In this document: piece after piece, positions 37,398 to 45,312 of the stretch | How the letters are laid out: every line of letters begins with the position of its first letter | How positions within the stretch are numbered: position 1 is the stretch's first letter | Source of the DNA: Minisyncoccota bacterium | GTDB lineage: Bacteria > Patescibacteriota > Minisyncoccia > Phycocordibacterales > UBA6899 | Direction of reading: 5' to 3' | NCBI GenBank assembly: GCA_031972735.1 | Contig: DALYED010000004.1 | Span: 7,284 to 62,051 of the forward strand | DNA: 54,768 nucleotides | Position numbers and translations under genes: made by a program | The notes under the pieces: generated by a model | Told to the model about the DNA's origin: nothing | Seen by the model: only the letters and a program-made list of their open reading frames with translations | Database searches by the model: none

Positions 37398-37952
37398 CTA
37401 TTCTGTGGTTGCATCAACTACTCTTAATACGGTGTTCCAATTTCGAGTCGTCACTTCTTTGCCGAATTCCTTTTCAATAATTGCCATTACTTCTACGGTG
37501 CGAGTATCAGGACCAAGCACAAGTGTACTAAACACTTCAGTATCTGTTACCTTGAAGATGGTGTACTCCTTTTCAGGAGAAGTGTACGGGATTGGAAGTA
37601 CTGATGCATGTGGAAGAGAAAGATATGTCACATACAATCGAGTGTCAGGGGTAATCTTAATTCCCTTAAATGGATCACTAGTAAGCAATTTTTTCATATG
37701 AGCTCCAGTGCGAAGTATTACCTCCACAGGGAATCCAAAGAGTTTTTCAAGATCATTTTCGATTTGCGTAGTAAGTTCGACAATGTTTTCGTTGCTCGAA
37801 TAAAACACAATATTTCCGGTAGCAAGAATTGTCTGAGATTCAGTGAATCCCATTTTATCAAATGCACTTTTCAGTTTCGTCATTTGCACTTGGCGTTTTC
37901 CAACATTGATTCCGCGGAGAAATGCGACGTAGTTAGGTATTGGCATGGCCAA
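37398..37952 (-). CDS. DUF1697-family protein
   Basis: 184 aa. The N-terminus YVAFLRGINVGKRQVQMTKLKSAFDKMGF is typical of DUF1697. Confidence 0.75.
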   Translation of the reverse strand: MAMPIPNYVAFLRGINVGKRQVQMTKLKSAFDKMGFTESQTILATGNIVFYSSNENIVELTTQIENDLEKLFGFPVEVILRTGAHMKKLLTSDPFKGIKITPDTRLYVTYLSLPHASVLPIPYTSPEKEYTIFKVTDTEVFSTLVLGPDTRTVEVMAIIEKEFGKEVTTRNWNTVLRVVDATTE

Positions 37953-38055
37953 GAAATTAGTTGCGTAAGAATTCTGAATTAAGAAAATATATATGCTCTT
38001 TCATATATATCAGCCAGTATAGTGAGTATACCACATGATAGTGTTTTTGGCGAGA

Positions 38056-38092
38056 CATCATAAAACCAGACATATTGTCTGGTTTTATGATG
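38056..38092. other. Perfect 17-bp-stem hairpin (3-nt loop) in an intergenic region
   Basis: CATCATAAAACCAGACA TAT TGTCTGGTTTTATGATG, read directly. It lies 37 nt downstream of the stop of gene 38129..38719. Confidence 0.8.
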
Positions 38093-38128
38093 ATTTCATT
38101 TCACATGTTCATTGAACTGTGGATCGGA

Positions 38129-38719
38129 CTACTTTTTCTTTGTTACTTTTTTTACTGGTGCTGACTTTCCCTTCTTCGCAACAACTTTTTTCGTAACAAC
38201 TTCAGTCTTGGCTTTCACCACAGATGTTTTATTCGGCGGAGTAAGTTTTTCTGGCAAACTCACTTCTTTCATTACCTCAACTGGAGTATGTTTATGAGAT
38301 TGTGCATTGTGCTCGAGCATTTTGAGCATCTTGTCCATTTTGAATTCAAGATTTGCAATTTGCTTTTTCAATTCACTGCTATCATGACTTCCGTTTTCCC
38401 GTGAAGGTGAGCGAAATTCGCGTGGACGTTCAGTGCGCTGAAATGTACTGTGACCGCGCGCATCGTCTTTTTTATCGAAGCAATCACGGCAGAATACAGG
38501 ACGATCACCATTTGGGCGAAATGGAAGCTCGCATGGCTTTCCGCAATTTGAACAAATTGCAGAAAAAAGTTCAGGTCGACCACTACGTTCACGATCTCCA
38601 CCTCTTCGATCATTGTCGCGATCACCACCTCGAGCACCGAAGCCTCGATCATTTTCAAATTTTGGACGTCCTCCAAAATCACCACCCCTATTAAATCCGC
38701 CTTTTTTAAAGTTTTTCAT
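38129..38719 (-). CDS. CxxC-x17-CxxC zinc-ribbon protein with an RGG-rich N-terminus and a Lys-rich C-terminus (probable nucleic-acid binding)
   Basis: 196 aa with GGFNRGGDFGGRPKF...RGGDRDNDRRGGDRERSGR, then CSNCGKPCELPFRPNGDRPVFCRDCF, and a tail VVTKKVVAKKGKSAPVKKVTKKK. Confidence 0.75.
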   Translation of the reverse strand: MKNFKKGGFNRGGDFGGRPKFENDRGFGARGGDRDNDRRGGDRERSGRPELFSAICSNCGKPCELPFRPNGDRPVFCRDCFDKKDDARGHSTFQRTERPREFRSPSRENGSHDSSELKKQIANLEFKMDKMLKMLEHNAQSHKHTPVEVMKEVSLPEKLTPPNKTSVVKAKTEVVTKKVVAKKGKSAPVKKVTKKK

Positions 38720-38761
38720 GAGGGGCTATGTATAACACAGATAATTATATCTGGCTAGTTT

Positions 38762-39379
38762 TTAATGCACTATCGGAGCATGGGGATCAGAAATTTCAAT
38801 TGAGCCTAGTAATTCAAGAAAATCTTTGTGCATTGATGAAAGTTCATCAACATATGCACAACTTACAAGATAGATGAGCCCTGCATTCCCGATTACTACA
38901 TTGTCTGCTTGATACAAACCATCGGACTTATAGCGAATAGCATTTGCATTGCTAATCGTTAGGGTTGCAGGTTCTCCATCCTTCATTCCGTAATTGCTGT
39001 ACGATTTGTTTGACTCAGCCCAAGCATTAAGTGAAAGATTGTTTGGATTTTTAAATATCGAAACAGTGATCATTGGTGAACCTTCAAACGGTGCATGTTC
39101 ACTGAGTATCACTTTGCTGTCCTCTTTTGTCATAAGTGATAATTCCCTTTCAAGATATGCATGCTCGTCTTTGGAAGGCATATTGGTCAACACAAAACCA
39201 TTATCACCACCATGATATTGAAAGCTAATACCAAGCTCAGTATTTGAATAACTATCTAGCGTTCTTTCAGGTGTAACAGATGCAATCACATGTGTACGAG
39301 GTATATAGCAATAGAGGACAGAAAATCCAGCAAATAAGAAGCACAGGATAGATAAATTAAGGTAAGTATTCTTGTTCAT
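38762..39379 (-). CDS. Hypothetical secreted protein
   Basis: 205 aa with an N-terminal signal anchor (LNLSILCFLFAGFSVLYCY). Confidence 0.6.
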   Translation of the reverse strand: MNKNTYLNLSILCFLFAGFSVLYCYIPRTHVIASVTPERTLDSYSNTELGISFQYHGGDNGFVLTNMPSKDEHAYLERELSLMTKEDSKVILSEHAPFEGSPMITVSIFKNPNNLSLNAWAESNKSYSNYGMKDGEPATLTISNANAIRYKSDGLYQADNVVIGNAGLIYLVSCAYVDELSSMHKDFLELLGSIEISDPHAPIVH

Positions 39380-39483
39380 GAATTCATTCTACAAAGCGGA
39401 TTCTCTGACCACAACTGGACGGAACAGTACTCATGTATCCTTTCGTAATATTTCACAATATTTTGGAATATTGTGAAATAAGA

Positions 39484-40116
39484 CTATTTGTCCGTAAGGG
39501 TTAGGGAATTTCTCATTTTATCAAAAAAATCCAAAAGGGCTGGTTCATCAAATCTTGTAATACTTCCCTCTGGGTAATTTTCGAACACGCTGTAGTGAAC
39601 AAAGTAACGCACTGCGGTACATGGATTACTGTTTGGCAATGCATACACTGTTTCGTCATAACGATTACCTGCTCCTGCACCACTTGAAGATGCCACTGAA
39701 TAACTCGTTCCATTATCCGTCAAAAGTAGAGAGTCGAGTTTATCAAGAAATAGAGATGCATTACATTTACTACTCGACGCGAACTGTTCAATGCTCAAAT
39801 ATGAATCACGTCCGAGATTTGTTCCCGTTGCGACACTATCAGGAATGGTAAACTTTACCCCTTTAATAAAGACTGATGGTCCGAGTTTGTCATATATATA
39901 AGATTCATTTCGAGAAAACCCGTTTGGGTATTGAATTGTGTATCCCAGAGAAGTACTCGAAAATGTCTGTGTTAAATTACTTGAATTATCTACTTGTGGC
40001 GTTGATGTTGCAGTATCTACCACTTGTGGAATCGTAGTACTGGTTGCGACATAATATATGACTCCGATAATAAAAATAATAACAATCCCAACAATAATAC
40101 TCGTACGTGTGTTCAT
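39484..40116 (-). CDS. Hypothetical secreted protein
   Basis: 210 aa with an N-terminal TM segment (SIIVGIVIIFIIGVIYYVA). Its architecture resembles that of the neighbouring gene. Confidence 0.6.
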   Translation of the reverse strand: MNTRTSIIVGIVIIFIIGVIYYVATSTTIPQVVDTATSTPQVDNSSNLTQTFSSTSLGYTIQYPNGFSRNESYIYDKLGPSVFIKGVKFTIPDSVATGTNLGRDSYLSIEQFASSSKCNASLFLDKLDSLLLTDNGTSYSVASSSGAGAGNRYDETVYALPNSNPCTAVRYFVHYSVFENYPEGSITRFDEPALLDFFDKMRNSLTLTDK

Positions 40117-40162
40117 GATTTAATATTACCGCATTGTCATGAGGTGATCATGAATACCGTCA

Positions 40163-40834
40163 TTATTGAGTTGCAACGCAACGAGACTCACCGAGTGGCG
40201 TTCGAATAAAGGTAGAAAGTGAAAGGGATAAATGTGTCTCGACAAGTGAACCCAGTCCTTGGCGTGTATTCTCGGTCATGTTTGGACAATTTACAGGTGT
40301 TACTTTTTCTTTTGATGGACTCCAATACGTAAGCAACAAACCTTCACTGGTAAAAGGTTTTGCATAGCGATCAGTGTACACATTTGTCTTGGTCTGCAGA
40401 TCATAGATAATCAAAATTCGAGGTGACGGGGCCGTGCCACTATCAAGAATGAGAAAATGATCTGATACAGCGAGAAAATACTCTGCATCTTTATTCTTGA
40501 TTTCAAAATCTCCATCTTGAACTTTGTACCGACATAAAAGTTCGGTTGTTGTGAGTCGCTTATCTCTGACAATGATATCAGTCCCTATCCCCATACTACT
40601 ACTCTTTGTGATAACAAAATACTCATCATGTTCATGGCACACAACACCTTCTTCACTTATGTTGGTACTCACAGATGATTGACTTGTGCCAGAGGCAACA
40701 GATGTGGATTGAAGTGTGATTCGAGTGGCAACAAAACTATAGAGTGACTGACCGACACGTAAGTGATAAAAAGCAAAGCAAAAGATAAGGAGGAATGCGA
40801 CAGCAATACTCCATTTACTGAAATTTGAATTCAT
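40163..40834 (-). CDS. Hypothetical secreted protein
   Basis: 223 aa with an N-terminal TM segment (WSIAVAFLLIFCFAFYHL). Confidence 0.6.
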   Translation of the reverse strand: MNSNFSKWSIAVAFLLIFCFAFYHLRVGQSLYSFVATRITLQSTSVASGTSQSSVSTNISEEGVVCHEHDEYFVITKSSSMGIGTDIIVRDKRLTTTELLCRYKVQDGDFEIKNKDAEYFLAVSDHFLILDSGTAPSPRILIIYDLQTKTNVYTDRYAKPFTSEGLLLTYWSPSKEKVTPVNCPNMTENTRQGLGSLVETHLSLSLSTFIRTPLGESRCVATQ

Positions 40835-40862
40835 AAATTACAGTATATCAAAATCTTAGAAC

Positions 40863-41060
40863 TTATTGCGTTTCGTTCCACACAGAAAGTGAATTATCTT
40901 TTGACTTCTGACCTATATATCCACCTCCTGCTTTTATGTATAGTAATACCGCTTGCTGCATTGCCCTTGCAGAAAATTTTCCTGTCTTTGCAATTGCTTC
41001 TGCTTTGCAGGCATCCCATAGCTCTGGATCTGTACGCACTACTTTTGCTTTTTGTGTCAT
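40863..41060 (-). CDS. Small conserved hypothetical protein
   Basis: 65 aa: MTQKAKVVRTDPELWDACKAEAIAKTGKFSARAMQQAVLLYIKAGGGYIG... The pattern resembles a small family seen in phage and plasmid contexts. This is from memory and unverified. Confidence 0.5.
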   Translation of the reverse strand: MTQKAKVVRTDPELWDACKAEAIAKTGKFSARAMQQAVLLYIKAGGGYIGQKSKDNSLSVWNETQ

Positions 41061-41231
41061 GAATGGTTTATTTAGTAATCATAGTGGTATGAGTTTGACT
41101 CATGTACACTATTTCTTTTGCGAGTTTTCATGTTCGCCCGATTTCACCATTTGTCTACAGTAATTGCCTTCATGAGTGTAATCATAGCAATTGCAATTTG
41201 AGTGCTCAATGTTATTTCAGTAAGATAAAAA

Positions 41232-41255
41232 ACCGCTGAATATTGTATTCAACGG
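41232..41255 (-). terminator. Rho-independent terminator overlapping the DUF488 stop codon
   Basis: The minus strand reads ACCGTTGAAT ACAA TATTCAGCGGT followed by TTTTTT. Confidence 0.6.
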
Positions 41256-41680
41256 TGAACAATCTGCAATTCTGGGAAAATTCGCTTGCATTCATTCGCA
41301 AGAAGCGAGCGATGGCAAAGAGATGCGCCTTCTTCGATGCACAAAATGGTGATATTTCTTTTGAGTGCAGCGTACGCAAGTATGTGCACAACTGAAGCTT
41401 TCCGGTCCGTACGAATTTCTTGCTGATAACGTACGCAAAACTCTTCCCACGATAAGCCACGTTTGTAATAGTCACCAATCAAGCGTGGTGATGGACCTAA
41501 AATTGGAGCATGGATATCAAAGCCAATGAGTCTTTTGTCGACAGTGATGCCGTCATTGTGTGTATGACGGCTCATGACTGAGATTCGGATTCCATCGCTT
41601 GGCGATGGCGCGCACAAAATACATTTAGTGAACAACATGTGAAATCCCCTTCTATTTGCAGTATAGTAATTATCACTCAT
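41249..41680 (-). CDS. DUF488 (YeaO-like) family protein
   Basis: SPSDGIRISVMSRH...GPSPRLIGDYYKRGLSWEEFCVRYQQEI...ITILCIEEGASLCHRSLLANE. The likely true start is ATG 41638. Confidence 0.7.
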   Translation of the reverse strand: MSDNYYTANRRGFHMLFTKCILCAPSPSDGIRISVMSRHTHNDGITVDKRLIGFDIHAPILGPSPRLIGDYYKRGLSWEEFCVRYQQEIRTDRKASVVHILAYAALKRNITILCIEEGASLCHRSLLANECKRIFPELQIVHR

Positions 41681-41736
41681 TGTGCAAATAAGTGAGCGAA
41701 ATTACCCAGCTTATTTTACTTTTTTACTTTTAAAAT

Positions 41737-41768
41737 ACAAAAGCCACTCTTTTTATAGTGGCTTTTGT
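41737..41768 (-). terminator. Rho-independent terminator downstream of tRNA-Gln
   Basis: ACAAAAGCCACT (41737..41748) pairs with AGTGGCTTTTGT (41757..41768). On the minus strand it is followed by a T-rich run. Confidence 0.7.
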
Positions 41769-41773
41769 GTTTG

Positions 41774-41844
41774 CTGGGAGACTTGGAATCGGACCAAGAT
41801 TAACGGCTTCAAAGGCCGCTGTCCTACCATTAGACGATCTCCCA
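41774..41844 (-). tRNA. tRNA-Gln (anticodon UUG)
   Basis: The reverse complement reads TGGGAGA TC GTCT AATGGTA GGAC A GCGGC CTTTGAA GCCGT TAAT CTTGG TCCGATT CCAAG TCTCCCA G. U1:A72 and G73 are as in bacterial tRNA-Gln. The T-loop is atypical, reading UCCGAUU. Confidence 0.8.
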
Positions 41845-41894
41845 ATATTTGGAATTATTACTCTTGCGAGCAATGTCGTGCATCATAGCATTTT

Positions 41895-41922
41895 TTGTAT
41901 GAAAAACAACATGCCGTATAAT
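41895..41922 (+). promoter_or_regulatory. Promoter TTGTAT - 16 nt - TATAAT, ending 6 nt before ATG 41929 (leaderless configuration)
   Basis: TTGTAT at 41895..41900 and TATAAT at 41917..41922, followed by GAATAG and then ATG. Confidence 0.55.
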
Positions 41923-41928
41923 GAATAG

Positions 41929-43161
41929 ATGTCTGAAAAACACATCTCCACACAGGTGGTAATCTCAGGAGGTGGACCTGCTGGAATTATGCTCGGTTAT
42001 CTACTTGCACGCTCTGGGATAAAGGTCACTGTTCTTGAAAAATGGCCAGATTTTTTTCGTGACTTTCGTGGTGACACTATTCATCCATCGACACTACTTA
42101 ATCTCCACGAGCTCGGCTTAATTGAACAATTTTTGAAATTGCCACATGTAAAAACACATAAAATTCAGATCAATATCAGTGGAGAAGACTTAGCTATTGC
42201 TGACTTTACTCGACTCAATACTCCAGAGCCATATGTGGCGTTTATTCCACAATGGGATTTTCTTAATTTTATTGCAACAGAAGCAAAGCGCTTCCCTACA
42301 TTCCAATTATTTATGGCAACAGAGGCAAATGACCTTATTGAAAAAGATGGCAAGATTGTTGGTCTCAAAGCACAGAACGAAGAAGGAGTGTTTGAAATAT
42401 CTGCAGACCTCGTTATTGCCGCAGACGGACGACATTCGACTATTCGGCCAAAATCAGGACTTCAAAGTGAAGACCTCGGTGCACCCATCGACGTGCTGTG
42501 GTTTCGCATCTCTCGTACAGAAGACGACCCAAAAGACTCCCAAGGGAGAATAGCGCGTGGCTTGATGATGCCAATGATTAATAGAAATGACTATTGGCAA
42601 TGCGGCTTTGTAATCAAAAAAGGTGAATTCACCAATATTCAAGAACGTGGACTTTCACAGTTTAAGCAAAATTTACTTCTGCTTGCACCGTTTCTTTCAG
42701 AGCGAGTTGAAGAAATTCACGACTGGAATGATATCAAGTTACTTTCGGTCTCTATTGAACATATGACACGCTGGCAACGCGATGGATTTCTTGCTATTGG
42801 TGACGCGGCCCATACCATGTCACCTGTTGGCGGAGTAGGAATAAACTTTGCAATCCAAGATGCGGTAGCTACTGCAAATATTCTCGTGCCAGCATTCCTC
42901 AGCAGTGGTATCACACTTTCTGATCTCAAGGCAGTGCAAAAGCGACGCGAATTCCCTGCACGTATGACTCAACGATTACAGGTATTTGTCCACAATAAAA
43001 TCATGCAGAGTATTCTTACCGACAATGGCGACCGCACAGCACTGCACATACCATGGATTCTTAAACTTTTTACGTATGTCCCATTTTTACAAATTATCCC
43101 TGCTCGCATGATTGGCATAGGCATGAGACCAGAACATATTCTGACCAAGGAAGCAGTGTAG
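41929..43161 (+). CDS. FAD-dependent monooxygenase/oxidoreductase (UbiH/PheA-TfdB-type)
   Basis: 410 aa with VVISGGGPAGIMLGYLLARSGIKVTVLEK (GxGxxG), ADGRHS and GDAAHTMSPVGGVGINFAIQDA. Confidence 0.8.
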   Translation: MSEKHISTQVVISGGGPAGIMLGYLLARSGIKVTVLEKWPDFFRDFRGDTIHPSTLLNLHELGLIEQFLKLPHVKTHKIQINISGEDLAIADFTRLNTPEPYVAFIPQWDFLNFIATEAKRFPTFQLFMATEANDLIEKDGKIVGLKAQNEEGVFEISADLVIAADGRHSTIRPKSGLQSEDLGAPIDVLWFRISRTEDDPKDSQGRIARGLMMPMINRNDYWQCGFVIKKGEFTNIQERGLSQFKQNLLLLAPFLSERVEEIHDWNDIKLLSVSIEHMTRWQRDGFLAIGDAAHTMSPVGGVGINFAIQDAVATANILVPAFLSSGITLSDLKAVQKRREFPARMTQRLQVFVHNKIMQSILTDNGDRTALHIPWILKLFTYVPFLQIIPARMIGIGMRPEHILTKEAV

Positions 43162-43169
43162 TATTCGTG

Positions 43170-44216
43170 CTACTTATCTTTACTTGTTTCACCAGAAATA
43201 CGGATGAGCGCAAGTTCGAGTGGGAGCGATGGGATACTACTCCATCCAATTTCTTTTGATGCAGTAATAAATGAACCAAGTACATGTGAGTTAATGCGTT
43301 TATCTTTTGATTCTGCAAGTTCTTTAATGAGAGACATGTCATCTGGTGGAAAATCTTCTGCTAATGTTTTCTCCATATGTGGGGCGTATCGAAGTAAGAG
43401 TATTGCCCGAAGTTTAATAAGTAGCATCTTTATATACACCTTCATGTCGATGCGCTCATCGCTCGCCGTTTTAAGTGCGAGTAGACCATCTTCTGGTTCG
43501 CCAGAATCGATAGCTCGAATAACACGATTAATGAGATCGTGAGTAGGGGCACCGACAATACGCGCGACAGTATCAAGATCAATCACACCAGATTCAGCTG
43601 AAATAAGCACTTTTTCAAGCACTGAGAGAGTGTCGCGATATGATCCATCGCCAAACATCGCAACAATATCCGCAGATGGCGCATCGAGTTTTATGGCTTC
43701 TTGTTTAGCAATCTCGATAGCATATTGTTTTAACTCCAAAAGCTGTGGCTGTCGAAATACGAAGCTTTGACAACGCGAAATGATCGTATCAGGAACTTTT
43801 TCTTTATCAGTAGTCGCAAGAATAAATACTACATGTGCTGGTGGTTCTTCAAGTGTTTTGAGTAAAGCATTAAATGCTTCTTTTGTAAGCATGTGCACCT
43901 CATCTATAATATATACTTTATATGGCGACTCAAATGGCATGGTACTGACGCCACTTCGCAATTGGCGAACATCATCAATTTGACGGTTTGAAGCTCCATC
44001 AATTTCATAAAGATCAGCAGGTGCACACCCTATTTCACTAGCAAAAATTCTTGCAATGGTTGTTTTTCCAGTACCACGACCCCCAGAAAAAAGATAAGCA
44101 TGTGATATGTTATTATCCTTTATGGAACGAAGAAGTGTGCTTACTACTTCGTCTTGTCCTCGTACGTCTGCAAACTCTCTGGGACGATATTTCCGATATA
44201 ATGCTTGTTCTGACAT
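43170..44216 (-). CDS. dnaX: DNA polymerase III gamma/tau subunit (short form)
   Basis: 348 aa with YRKYRPREFADVRGQDEVVSTLLRSIKDNNISHAYLFSGGRGTGKTTIARIFA, IIDEVHMLT and ATTDKEKVPDTIISRCQ. Confidence 0.88.
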   Translation of the reverse strand: MSEQALYRKYRPREFADVRGQDEVVSTLLRSIKDNNISHAYLFSGGRGTGKTTIARIFASEIGCAPADLYEIDGASNRQIDDVRQLRSGVSTMPFESPYKVYIIDEVHMLTKEAFNALLKTLEEPPAHVVFILATTDKEKVPDTIISRCQSFVFRQPQLLELKQYAIEIAKQEAIKLDAPSADIVAMFGDGSYRDTLSVLEKVLISAESGVIDLDTVARIVGAPTHDLINRVIRAIDSGEPEDGLLALKTASDERIDMKVYIKMLLIKLRAILLLRYAPHMEKTLAEDFPPDDMSLIKELAESKDKRINSHVLGSFITASKEIGWSSIPSLPLELALIRISGETSKDK

Positions 44217-44238
44217 AGCTTGATTATACCGAGAATAT

Positions 44239-44268
44239 AAAAAAAAACACCTTCACAAAATGAAGATG
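44239..44268 (-). terminator. Rho-independent terminator (hairpin plus a run of nine T)
   Basis: The minus strand reads CATCTTCA TTTTG TGAAGGTG followed by TTTTTTTTT. It lies 22 nt upstream of the dnaX start. Confidence 0.75.
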
Positions 44269-44447
44269 TCGTAGTGGCAGTGACACAACACAATTCACGA
44301 GAACGGTATACTCGTGCATACCAGCATATTTCACCTTGGAAATAATCAAACCAAAGCAATGAGACATTACGCTTTTCCAATATCTCATACATTTGCGGAC
44401 ACAAATGTATTGTCTGGAACCGCAAGAATAATGATGTACCACTGCCT
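44240..44447 (-). ncRNA. Unclassified structured RNA candidate (~200 nt) with its own promoter and terminator, immediately upstream of dnaX
   Basis: The unit runs from the promoter at 44480..44453 to the terminator at 44268..44239. A closing helix pairs GGCAGTG (44446..44440) with CACTGCC (44282..44276). Four internal hairpins are listed in the finding for this region. The only ORFs here are Cys-rich with junk-like composition. Confidence 0.5.
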
Positions 44448-44452
44448 TTTAA

Positions 44453-44480
44453 ATTCTACGTGAGTGATTGCGGGTGTCAA
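44453..44480 (-). promoter_or_regulatory. Promoter: TTGACA - 16 nt - TAGAAT
   Basis: On the minus strand, TTGACA at 44480..44475 and TAGAAT at 44458..44453. Confidence 0.6.
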
Positions 44481-44483
44481 CAG

Positions 44484-44516
44484 TAAAATAAAAACCCCAA
44501 GCTAAGCTCAGGGTTT
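44484..44516 (-). terminator. Rho-independent terminator of the Cys-rich small-protein gene
   Basis: The minus strand reads AAACCCTGAGC TTA GCTTGGGGTTT followed by TTATTTT. Confidence 0.65.
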
Positions 44517-44519
44517 ATA

Positions 44520-44783
44520 TTATACAGATGCTTTTTCAGTACTATGTTCACTATCGCAAACATGATTACCGCTGTGGTCTTCGCAAAGTTCATTGAGTGC
44601 TTCATTGCCCTCTATTGCTTCACTATGACAACACTCATCTTTTGATTTACCACATGGACACTTACCATGCTCATCAAGAGTAATACCATCTTTGGGCAAC
44701 TTGCAGGTGTCTTGTTCATTTGCCATTTGTGCACATGCACAATTTCCACCACAACCCATTTGTTCTTTATCTTTGTTATTCAT
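44520..44783 (-). CDS. Small acidic Cys/His-rich protein (possible metal-binding)
   Basis: 87 aa with 11 Cys (counted in the ORF-track translation), arranged as CGGNCAC, CPCG, CC and similar clusters: MNNKDKEQMGCGGNCACAQ...GKCPCGKSKDECCHSEAIEG...CEDHSGNHVCDSEH. Confidence 0.55.
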   Translation of the reverse strand: MNNKDKEQMGCGGNCACAQMANEQDTCKLPKDGITLDEHGKCPCGKSKDECCHSEAIEGNEALNELCEDHSGNHVCDSEHSTEKASV

Positions 44784-44839
44784 ACCAAGTAACTTAGCAC
44801 ATCACAACTGCGTGAGCAAAGACATGACACTTGTGATAT

Positions 44840-45283
44840 TTATTTCTTTGCAACTTTTGTTTTAGTAGTCTTTGCTATAACTTTTTTACCCACACTTACG
44901 GCTTTAGTTGCAGCTTTTTTAACTACTTTAGTTTCTTTTGATGCAACTCGTGAAAGTTCAGCATTCACATGTTTCCAATTTGACTTAAGTTCTTTTGCTG
45001 CATTTGCAAGGTCTTTTTTGTCGATTGATTTTACTTTTTCGTAGGCACTCATTGATTCATCGACAATTGTTTTCCATGCTTTCTCATCAAGTTTTTGCAG
45101 TTTCTTTGCCTTCTTAAGTGCATCCGCATGAAGTGTTTGAGCCCATTTTACAGCTTTTGTGCGATGCTTTGCTGCTTCTTTGCTTCCAAAAAAGAAATAC
45201 CCTGCTCCTGCTGCTGCCGCTGCTGCAATTCCGAGACCGACACCTAATGCTACCTTTTTCTTACTTACTGGTTTTGTTGCCAT
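44840..45283 (-). CDS. Membrane-anchored Lys/Ala-rich protein (YtxH-like)
   Basis: 147 aa with a Gly/Ala-zipper TM segment (VALGVGLGIAAAAAAGAGYFFFG), followed by a helical Lys-rich region and the tail KKVIAKTTKTKVAKK. Confidence 0.6.
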   Translation of the reverse strand: MATKPVSKKKVALGVGLGIAAAAAAGAGYFFFGSKEAAKHRTKAVKWAQTLHADALKKAKKLQKLDEKAWKTIVDESMSAYEKVKSIDKKDLANAAKELKSNWKHVNAELSRVASKETKVVKKAATKAVSVGKKVIAKTTKTKVAKK

Positions 45284-45312
45284 ATTGTATGCGATGAATA
45301 ATTATTAAAAAA

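Noticed and set aside
44144-44442. Minus-strand ORFs of 93 aa and 72 aa between dnaX and the Cys-rich gene
   Set aside because: Their translations are Cys/Phe/Val-rich with no motif. One overlaps the dnaX start and runs through a strong terminator. The region is better explained as a structured RNA with its own promoter and terminator.
44240-44447. Calling the dnaX-upstream RNA an SRP RNA (ffs) on synteny alone
   Set aside because: The sequence contains no AGCA, and no GNAR tetraloop is closed by the conserved helix 8 pairs. The fold is a multi-hairpin junction, not a single long hairpin. It is kept as an unclassified ncRNA candidate instead.
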